Shown here piece by piece: positions 9,140-18,302 of a stretch of DNA of 18,302 bases (its first letter is position 1; each line of letters opens with the position of its first letter). The position numbers and the translations under genes were made by a program. Origin of the DNA: Ginkgo biloba. Lineage: Eukaryota; Plantae; Ginkgophyta. The stretch lies in assembly GCA_024626585.2 (NCBI GenBank), contig JANKJI020000004.1, positions 44,401,140 to 44,419,441 of the forward strand. The letters are read 5' to 3'. The notes under the pieces were generated by a model, which ran no database searches, had not been told where the DNA came from, and worked only from the letters and a program-made list of their open reading frames with translations.

Positions 9140-9881
9140 TGATGAAGACAATTGTTGGAGTAATTTTAGAGCTCATTATATCCAATAATGTATTCATATA
9201 TCTTAAGATCCATATTTATAACACGCTTGTGATAAGATCTCAACAATATGATACATCATCCATCTTTGAAGTGGCATTTCTTATTGAAGGATCAAGAGGG
9301 TGCAATAGTCATATTAAGTGAAATAACATGGTGATGGAAATTGGATGGAGTAGTTTTTTCTAATATACTAGCCATTTACACTTATCATATGATTTTCTAC
9401 ATTATATTTTATTATTCCTGTGTAGGGAGGTAAGTTAGCATGTAAATATAGGGGTTGGCTTAGCAAACCAATTTTTTCCTACAGTTCAACAATTTTAGAA
9501 ATGTGAACGGTGCATAGAAAATGCATTTTATCATGAACTGTCTATGAACTATATGTGCATGTTGTTATGGTTTTATTGTAGGTAGTTCATTCTAGATGAG
9601 TAAGTCCCATGAAATTTTATTCCCACATGTTACAAATTAGAGAAGAAACTCACTTGCACTACTATGGGAGGTTGTTGCAATACTACATAGTCAATTAGTA
9701 TGCAAAAGTATAACTTGAGCACCTAGAGTATATTCATACACATTAAAGGGCCTTGAGAATGTAAATTTATAATAATTTAGTGGATGCAATAGACCATAAT
9801 GATATTACAATAACATATAATATAGGACAACATGTTATATTACCATCATTATTCATTAGAGGACCATGTCATATGCATGAA
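9140..9881 (+). mobile_element. Helitron RepHel N-terminal region remnant (Helitron helicase-like N domain), two exons
   Basis: Exon A: IVGVILELIISNN..., QQYDTSSIFEVAFLI (cf. RYN.PT..EVA.LI), SHLHLSYDFLHY (cf. SE.H.SYD.LQY), then donor GAG|GTAAG at 9430. Exon B starts after TTTTATTGTAG| (9581): VSPMKFYSHMLQIR...GRLLQYYIVN*YAKV*LEHLEYI...IGQHVILPSLFIRGPCHMHE (cf. GRLFQQYIVD.YAKIE..RL; IG..VILPSSF.G.PR.M.E). Several stops; cut by the gap at 9882. Confidence 0.88.
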
Positions 9882-10059
9882 NNNNNNNNNNNNNNNNNNN
9901 NNNNNNNNNNNNNNNNNNNNNNNNNNNNNNNNNNNNNNNNNNNNNNNNNNNNNNNNNNNNNNNNNNNNNNNNNNNNNNNNNAGATAAAGAATCTGCAATT
10001 TGCTCAGCATGCCCAGTTCCGACGGGATTCTGCCGGTGAAATTATTGTGAGAAAACGAG

Positions 10060-11015
10060 ATGATGAGTACAATTGCCTATCGATGGTGGATGCTTCCGCT
10101 GAGATGATTCTCAGACAATGAGAAACGCTCCAGGTTGGATCAGCCTTGGAAATAACTTCTTTATCCCTTCTTTATAAGCCACGAAATGATCATAGAACTG
10201 CTCAAAAAAACACCCCCATTAATTTATTTGCCAGCAATAACGATACATCTATATGTAATATTGTTGGTATTGAAACAGAAAATAAATCCAAAATTAGAAG
10301 TGGAAAGAATCCCAGGGTGGGTGAGAATGTAGGCGTATCCATGCATTACTTTATCAGAAGGAAATGACATTGTCGGGTCACGGACAGTGTCATGATTTTC
10401 TACGAAGGTAACTGCTTTTTCAGGCCAGTATCCGATCATTCCAGATGGTCTGCTGTTCGAATCCCGCAAGCGCCACAGCTCGCCCAAAACAGCCTCCTGC
10501 AAAATGCCTTTAGTAGTGAAATCAAAAGCTGTACACGTGTCCTCTGTGGAGTGCACCCAATCCACCAGTTTCTGGCGATGGGCATCCTGATTATAGGCAG
10601 GCTTTCCATCTTGACCTTTATCCATGCCGTCCCAAACCTCTCCTACGGCAAATTCAGGCTGAGTTTTGTGTAGATAGACACTCAGAGCGCTCCCTGGGTA
10701 GCCCCTGGCGAAATCGAGCCTCCAACCATCGAAGCCTATGTCTGTCTTAAGCCAATTCATCCAGTCTGAGAGTTCGCTCTGCACTCGAGTGTTGGTATGG
10801 TCAATGTCCGGAGCTCCCTCGAAGTCGCCCCACTTGTCTACTTGTCCGGATCCGCATGGGTATGGCTTGTCGTTGACTGGAATGGCCCATGCCCCCCAGT
10901 CTAGCCGGTCATCCGGGGTTCCCCCCTCGAAGATGCACCACATTCCTTTATCATCTTGCTTTTCTCCGTACCGATGGTTGATGACGATGTCTCCAATGCA
11001 ACGGATTTGTTGATG
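10060..11015 (-). pseudogene. AMY1: Family-1 (secreted-type) plant alpha-amylase, GH13; 5'-truncated, probable pseudogene or gene fragment
   Basis: Open frame from about 11015 to 10299: [90 protein letters not shown], with the catalytic D/E/D intact. An intron at the conserved position (about 10198-10298) keeps its CAG|TTCTATGATCAT (FYDH) acceptor but has no GT donor. The last exon has deletions, a frameshift and TGA at 10111-10113. Signal peptide and the QGFNW/GYMPG regions are absent. Confidence 0.92.
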
Positions 11016-11849
11016 CCTTCGTCCACTATAGCATTGTTATATATATATTGCATTTGATTATTTGTTGATATCAAGGTGAGGTCGAATTGTTCTCAATAAC
11101 TAGTTAAATTTTATTAAAACGTTATTGATCAACGCTTAAACCATTGGATATTTAGGTTAAACTTGAATCAAAACAAAACAAACATGAACATATGGATTTT
11201 TATAAAGGCATTGGTGAACTTTGCCTTTTTGAAGATTTTGAATGCTATGTAAAAAATATTTGTGTATTTGGTGAAAGTTAATGGCAAATTTCTTGGACTT
11301 TTTGAATTCTTTGTGAGTTACAATAATATGACTAGTGGGCANNNNNNNNNNNNNNNNNNNNNNNNNNNNNNNNNNNNNNNNNNNNNNNNNNNNNNNNNNN
11401 NNNNNNNNNNNNNNNNNNNNNNNNNNNNNNNNNNNNNNNNNAACCAAACTGGCAATCACTAAAATGGCTCACAGCCTACAAAAACTCACTCTTAGACGAT
11501 ACAATCAGCCTCACAGCTCACAGTTCATAATTCAGCCTCAAGCCTGTTGATTCTCCTTAATGCTAATTCACTTGCTGGCTGGATATTCTCCTCCATAGCT
11601 CTGCTCCACTCGCCTCCTGACCGCTCTGAATTTTGGCAACACTTCGTGGCTCCAAATTCAAACTCCCCCCCCAAATGACTTCGAGTGAGGAAAATTTATA
11701 ACTTTGGATTCAACAGACATTTGCTCCCACTCCAAATGTCTCTTTGTACTCCAACAGGCCAGTTTGGTGAGCATTAACTTTGGCAATGGCTCTGCCATTA
11801 ATGATTATGGCCTCGTCATATTTGGCTCATTGCCGCATATCAACCTCTA

Positions 11850-12259
11850 GCCTCCATCGGTCTGGACAGTCATCAGTTAGCCTCTGCATGGCCACCTTAT
11901 GTTGATCTTCCATCTCCCACTGATGAGGTTTTGTCGATTCCTGTCTCACTGATGAATGTCAGATTCTAGATCCTTTCTGATAGGGTTCAAACCCATGTGA
12001 GAGTCAAGTGTCAAATTCCTCTCCTCCACCGACAAAGTCAATTTATGGCCTCATCGACGTTGTCAAAATCCTACGCTCCATCGACAATGTCGATCTTTCC
12101 TGCCACCAACAGGGTCATTTTTTCCCTCTGCACCGACGACACCAAAAATTGCCACTCTACTGCGAGGTCAATTTTTTTCACTTCCATGACAGAGTCAGTC
12201 CCAACTTCCACTGATGCAGTTGATTTACTGCCTCTCACCAATGGCGTCGACCACCCGAC
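11850..12259 (+). repeat. Degenerate minisatellite (core approximately CCACYGAYRRRGTCRATT), likely part of an LTR or UTR beginning near 11442
   Basis: Roughly ten irregularly spaced copies, e.g. CCACCGACAAAGTCAATTT, CCATCGACAATGTCGATC, CCACCAACAGGGTCATTT, CCACTGATGCAGTTGATTT, TCACCAATGGCGTCGACC. Confidence 0.6.
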
Positions 12260-12879
12260 NNNNNNNNNNNNNNNNNNNNNNNNNNNNNNNNNNNNNNNNN
12301 NNNNNNNNNNNNAATGCCCATGGTTGACATTGACTGTAGATTTGTAAAAGAGGAATATGATGCATCGAGCACAACAACTTCGAGCAAGTCTACAACTGGT
12401 TTATATTCAGAATCCACATATCATTGCTGGATGGTAGGGGATCCATACGAGTTGACCAATGAAGGTGAAATAAACATTGATTCTGAAGCTGATTCAAAGG
12501 AGTTCATCACTAATTGGCTACATGAAGCCTACGAGCTCNNNNNNNNNNNNNNNNNNNNNNNNNNNNNNNNNNNNNNNNNNNNNNNNNNNNNNNNNNNNNN
12601 NNNNNNNNNNNNNNNNNNNNNNNNNNNNNNNNNNNNNNGTGATGCCATTAATCAACAATATCATATAATGGTGCATATTTCTAGTGTCCTTTTCAAAGAA
12701 AAAACTACTTATCAAATCCACAATGATTTAAAATTTATATTATAACTTTCTTATATTATATATCTACTATCTTATGGGTATTTTTACTTTATTTTCCATC
12801 TAGGAATTTATTTGATCTAGGATCCTAGGATACTTTTGGTAAATAAATTCTTCTCCCAAAGGAAAATTAAACTATAAGA

Positions 12880-13190
12880 AGAGGAAGGTGAAATATTTCC
12901 ATGAAAATTTTAGGGGTAAGTTCATATAATACCTATACTATGGTAAAGAATATAATTATGTTATTAGGGTTAAATATCTAAGAACACCATTCTACCAATA
13001 GTTGACATGGCATGACCTTAGGTATCATGATGACCTTGATTAAACCAAACTTCCATAGAATTTTTTACTTTTTTTCCTCTCCTCTCATCATGAGAAAATA
13101 CTTGAATGTAGATATAAATTTGGATTGGAAATTATCTAATGTATCTATTACTTTAATATCTAGGGGAACTTTTAAAGTCCCTAGTTCCAT
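12880..13190 (-). mobile_element. Decayed protein-like segment, possibly a retrotransposon accessory ORF
   Basis: ILWKFGLIKVIMIPKVMPCQLLVEWCS*IFNPNNIIIFFTIV*VLYELTPKIFMEIFHLP resembles, from memory only, accessory ORFs of gymnosperm LTR elements; interrupted by stops. Confidence 0.35.
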
Positions 13191-14229
13191 TAAATCTCTT
13201 CTTGGCCATGAAGATAAATTATGGTCTTGAGTTTCTATCTTCATAAGAAAATAGTTGGCACTAGGGAAATTCTATATGATTCTCCTTGAAGGACTTACTA
13301 GAGACATTGTATGGTGCCTATTATTATTCTAACATCATGGAAAATAAATCTTAAATATATTATCAAAATAATTGGGGTCATAGTTTATTTCTTCACAGGT
13401 ATTCATCTTTGTAAGATCTTGAATCACTAATGAGGAGGAACCTTCATTCATCAAGTATGTTAAGAATGATCCCTCAAACCTTACTTCATAACTAAAGTAG
13501 TAGAGGGGTGATTGATACTTAATTGTGACACCCACATAAAATAATGGAATCACCTCACATGTTAATTTTATATACTATGATTTAATTCACAACATGATTA
13601 GAGGATATATGTCCTAAATTTTAAAATAATTGGTCATTCATGAACATCAACAAGATTTAATCCAATGGTACCATGTGTTGGATAACATTTTGTCCTCCAA
13701 TATTAATTTTGTATATTTTATTCTCCCTTGTGTAGTATATACCATTTTTTAATGGATATCTCTAACTCTTTGAATCTTTTTTTTTTCTTTTGGTGAGAGA
13801 AGATGCCAATTTTCTATCAATGACAATTCATTTCTCTTTTGGGTCTATAATATTTATGAAAAAATAATTATCTCTATTTATTTGGGTTTTTAAGTTCATT
13901 CAAATTTTTCCCAAAGAGGATGAGATGCCCTACTTTATCTTCTCATAAATATTTAAACTCTAATCTCTCAAACACATTCGAAAACTTCATCCTTTTTATG
14001 AACTTTTATTCATTATCATTTTTGGTATGAAAAATTCATAATATAATATATATTCATCCTCATTTAAATCCCAAATCTATTATAACTTTCAAGAAGGATG
14101 TTGGACGACCAAATTTTTGCACTATTAACCCTCCAAAACTTCAAACTTTTAACATAAGAATTTTCTAAGTGTTGGAATACCCTTATGTCCTATGCCTTAC
14201 TTCATCTCTTCTCAAACTTTGTTCTTACC

Positions 14230-15727
14230 TTTGAGGTGGCACTTCCTTTGTATTTTTTAAAATTTTGAGGGGGTCCTATTTATGGGTCAATAATGGTGTA
14301 TTATGACTATAACAATTCTTATGATTAAATCATCCATACTAAGTATTACAAAAGATAAAATTTCAATGTTAAATCAATGGAGAAAATAAACCCTCTACGA
14401 TGACTCCAAAGAGATGGATGAATGCTTATAATCAAATGGATCATAAGTAAACGATGTTAAACGCAAAATTTATGTATAATCTATTTTATATATAATTAAG
14501 GTATTATAACATACACAAATGAATCTAATTGATCGCTACATTAACGAATAGGTATGCCAATATTTATGAAGAGGGTATTAATTTTTGTTAATCTATAATA
14601 CTATAGAGAATTGACTATAGTGCACTTGTTTTATACAATTTATAGAGGAAAAAGTATCACAAAGTGACTTTGAAAAGTTCTTAATAGAAATAATAAGGAC
14701 CAAATATCATTGCAAAATGACCTAAACAAAGATTAAAAAATCTTAATATTTNNNNNNNNNNNNNNNNNNNNNNNNNNNNNNNNNNNNNNNNNNNNNNNNN
14801 NNNNNNNNNNNNNNNNNNNNNNNNNNNNNNNNNNNNNNNNNNNNNNNNNNNCTAGGAAAAACTATTATTTAATAATTCATTCCTTTAAACCTGATCAGAT
14901 CCCAATTTCCCTTTGAAAAATAGGTAATTGACTTTATAGGACCAATTAAACCATCAACAAGAAGGACATAATATATACATCATTATAGTCATGGATTACG
15001 TGACAAAATGGGTTGAACCACGAGCTATAAGAGATAATAGTGAAAACTAGTCGTTAAATTCTAGTATCAATGTATCTTGATGTGGTTTGGATGTCCACTT
15101 AAAAAAAAAAAATGGTAGAGAATTTGGCTTCTAAATACAATATCTAGAATATAAANNNNNNNNNNNNNNNNNNNNNAATTCTTCCAATAAGATTTTGTGT
15201 AATATTTTAACAAAAAATTATGAAGTAGGAAGGAAGGATTGGATAGATAAGTTGCATGCAATATTGTGGGCATTCAAAACCATATATAAGAAGGCAATGG
15301 GTCAAATATTATTCTAGTTGGTATATAGGAAAGAAGCAGTCATTCTAATGGAAGTTTAAGTATCCAGACTGATATTTTCAATTTATGAGAAATGGGATGA
15401 CAAACATTCTCTAAAGGGGAGGTTGATAAAGTTGAATGATTTGGAAGAAAAAATAAAATTTCTCTTTGGCACCAAGATTATGTACAAAAGATGATGAAAA
15501 TGATCCATGATTGAAATATTAAGGAAATGAGGATTCATCCAAGTGACGTAGTTTTGTTGTATGATACTAAATATAATAATATAAAATGGAAGTTCAATAT
15601 GTTATGGCTAAGACCTTATGTTCTTAAGAAGATGCATAACAACAAGTCTATAAATGTTTTGCATTTGATTGGAAAACTTATTCTAGATCGATTCAATGGA
15701 TCTCAATTAAAATTATTTAGGGAATGA
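14230..15727 (+). mobile_element. Decayed Ty3/Gypsy pol (Athila/Tat-like): RNase H remnant and integrase with GPY/F module
   Basis: PFEK*VIDFIGPIKPS..IIIVMDYVTKWVE (about 14908-15018); KDWIDKLHAILWAF-TIYKKAMGQILF*LVYRKEAVILME; IHD*NIKEMRIHPSDVVLLYD...WLRPYV...FNGSQLKLF* ending at 15727. The RNase H match near 14230-14330 is weaker. Confidence 0.88.
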
Positions 15728-17879
15728 AGTAAACAACCCAAAATAATATGTAAATATGTATCATACTATACATATAAATGTGATAAATTACTTAAGATTC
15801 TTAACTCACCAAAAATATAGTCAAAGATTTGTTCATGTGAAAAGGTAATATCACAATAGTATGTTGAAATTACAAGGAAAGGACTAAGTAATAAAAGTTT
15901 GATAGTGTTATGTATAAGGTTTAAGTTATGCTAAGGTGTTGGTAGAAATAATATTCAAACTCTTAACATATTATGTCACTATAAGGAATGGTTAAATCAT
16001 GGGAAAATATAAAGAAGTTAGTGATATTGAATGATGTCATGCTTGGTGGAATCAAGAAACAAATAAAATAATCTATAATTTTATTTAATTATCCAAACTT
16101 TATGAGAGTTCTCTTACTCATGAGGATACATTGATCATAAGGTCATGATACATTTTTCTCATGGGTAAAATTTATAATATTGTGAAGCCTTATCTTAATT
16201 GTAAGAAAAAATAATATTNNNNNNNNNNNNNNNNNNNNNNNNNNNNNNNNNNNNNNNNNNNNNNNNNNNNNNNNNNNNNNNNNNNNNNNNNNNNNNNNNN
16301 NNNNNNNNNNNNNNNNNNTTTCTTAGCGAGCATAATTACTTCTTCAATCATTTTTTATTTATGTTTCCATAATTCATTATTTATTTATCCTTAAAGGTTA
16401 CAAATGTAGAAATATAATATTTCTTCTTCCTTCATTTCCATATTTTCTTAGAATTTTTTAAACTTTTTAGTGTATTATTCCATTGTTTGATTGTGTTGGT
16501 AGAAATTTACTAACTATAGAGGGTAAGGATACCCTAAGTTTCTATCTTCCTTTTTATAGAAATTTTGGATGAATATGNNNNNNNNNNNNNNNNNNNNNNN
16601 NNNNNNNNGTCTTATATGTTCTTTATACCATTTCCTACTCTATGTGTGGGCATGTACCTCTAGGATTTATGCTACTAAGCATACATTCTTGAGGTATGTT
16701 GATGTTTGTGTGTTAAGAAATGTTATTTCTAATTTTCTAATGAATTTTGATGGTTTAATTTATCCATTGAATTGATATTATGCGATCTCAAGATGTAACT
16801 GATATGATATTCCTCCCATCATTGGTTGTGGCAGTGGTGATTGTGACTCTTGGGTTGACATTTGTTCTTGGGGTAGAGATGGTTTTTTTTCCTAATAGTT
16901 AGACTATGTTTTTATTTATTTATAGTATAAAATTATTGATTCCACTACTTTATCTCTTCATTTCATTAAAACCATTCTCTAACATTGCCATCCTTTTAAG
17001 TACCAAAATCTAATTGTTAACATCCATATCTTTTTTACTTTGGATGTTAACCATTTAGATATGAAAGTTAAGGTTTAAAATTGTTAGGATATTTAGACAC
17101 GTAGGAGTTAGTTAAGATCNNNNNNNNNNNNNNNNNNNNNNNNNNNNNNNNNNNNNNNNNTAGTGTGCTTTTATAACTTCTAATCCGAAAGTCAACTTTA
17201 TATCCTAGACATAAAGTGATCCAATGGTTCATCTTCTCCTTAACACTTACTGCACTTGATCTATGGCTTAACACCCGATTGGTCCATGATCTCTATTTAA
17301 CTATCATGGAGGATCATTAGTGGATTGATTTATGTTGATTGATAGTAAGAGATGCTCTATGTATAAATGTTTCCTTTTCATTAATATATTACCTCAAGTG
17401 GTTGTATTGGTTGGGGTCGTGGACTATTTCCCTTCAAGATTTTAACCACGTAAAAATACTATGTAATGATCTCTAATCTATTTGAGTCAGTGTTTATCTT
17501 AAGGTGTTTGACCTGTGTGATTATACCCTATTTTGAACAAAAACCCTTTGATGAAAAATATAATATTCTCTAAGAATATTCTCAAAATATTCTAATTTAA
17601 ATATTTTTAGATGACTTTAAAAAAGGAAAGGGAGGAAAAAAATGATGTTGGTGACTTGTGTGCATGATCTAAATAGTGATTTCATGGTGATATGAATTGT
17701 AATTTGAATAGTGGTTTCATGGAATATATAATGGCTGTATTGGAAGAATTTTATATGGTGATGAAAAATATGGGCAATGGAGGAAGGGACAAGGGATGGG
17801 TAGATGGCACAGGTAGAGTTCGAAGGTGAACAGGGAAAATCCCTTAGCTCGCCACCCTGCCTGACTTCTTCCAAGATCT

Positions 17880-18302
17880 TTCTCTCGATGCTCAGACGTC
17901 ACCCACACTAAATCACAACTTCATATTTTGCAGAAACGAAACAAACTATGGAATACCCAATCGAATAATTTGACCAAAATATGTAGGCACGAGAGTTTTG
18001 AACTGGAGAAACCCTCTCAGGGAATAAAAATCCAGATATATTAAACTAAATAAATTACTGGGGCATCGCCCTTACATTCCCTTCCCACTGGCTTCAGTAA
18101 TTTGGCCCATGGTCTATAATAATACCTACTGGCTTACAATTAGCCTTTAGACCTTACAATTAGCCTTTCTTCCCTACAGCTTGCCTTCATGCTGATATTT
18201 GTGTTCACAACTCACAGGTTCTCCAAACCTCTCCTTAAATCGGTAGCACTTTGTTGGTCTCTCCTGCTCTCTCTCAATGACTCCTTATGGGTTATATTTA
18301 TA
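17880..18302 (-). mobile_element. Possible LTR with a degenerate PBS, running off the window edge
   Basis: GATGCTCAGACGTCA weakly resembles a reverse tRNA-Met PBS (GCTCTGATACCA). AACTGGAGAAACCCTCTCAGGGAATAAAAATCCAG resembles a common Copia LTR motif. CTTACAATTAGCCTTT occurs twice in tandem near 18133-18169. Confidence 0.35.

Noticed and set aside
9780-10121. 113-aa ORF suggesting a Helitron fusion protein
   Set aside because: It reads through 100 Ns; the right half is antisense amylase sequence.
10224-10943. The 239-aa ORF as a complete functional CDS
   Set aside because: The Met is internal (homology continues upstream to about 11015), and the last ~25 residues read into the intron.
10146-11013. 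Plus-strand ORFs at 10146, 10392 and 10738
   Set aside because: Antisense to the alpha-amylase exon.
12314-12538. Acidic open frame between two gaps
   Set aside because: No recognisable motif; probably a retroelement spacer, but unassignable.
1340-17160. Recurrent ~100-N blocks
   Set aside because: Scaffolding gaps, not biological periodicity; they also weaken every adjacency argument that crosses them.
17161-17300. Minus-strand KCSKC*GEDEPLDHF resembling a LINE C-terminal zinc knuckle
   Set aside because: A single short motif with no supporting RT sequence.

Overview
AT-rich land-plant genomic DNA from a gappy draft assembly (14 N-runs); the species cannot be determined from the sequence. 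The only element that looks functional is invisible to the ORF track: a minus-strand two-snoRNA cluster at about 3116-3354. It contains a box C/D snoRNA with two 25S rRNA guides (snoR37-like) followed 10 nt later by a two-hairpin H/ACA snoRNA (snoR80-like). Both appear to lie in the intron of a non-coding host transcript with a telo-box promoter, inside a CpG-retaining island. The rest is mostly decayed transposable elements: Ty3/Gypsy integrase, chromodomain, PPT, gag and pol remnants, Helitron 5'-end-like repeats and a spliced RepHel remnant. Two minus-strand host-gene fragments sit among them: a heavily decayed CYP86-clan (CYP94-like) P450 and a 5'-truncated family-1 alpha-amylase with an intact catalytic triad. 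Their position between a Helitron-like 5' end and a candidate hairpin-CTAG 3' end suggests Helitron gene capture, but this is not proven. All family assignments come from hand reading and remembered consensus motifs; no database search was run. I see no evidence of a wholly new biological system.
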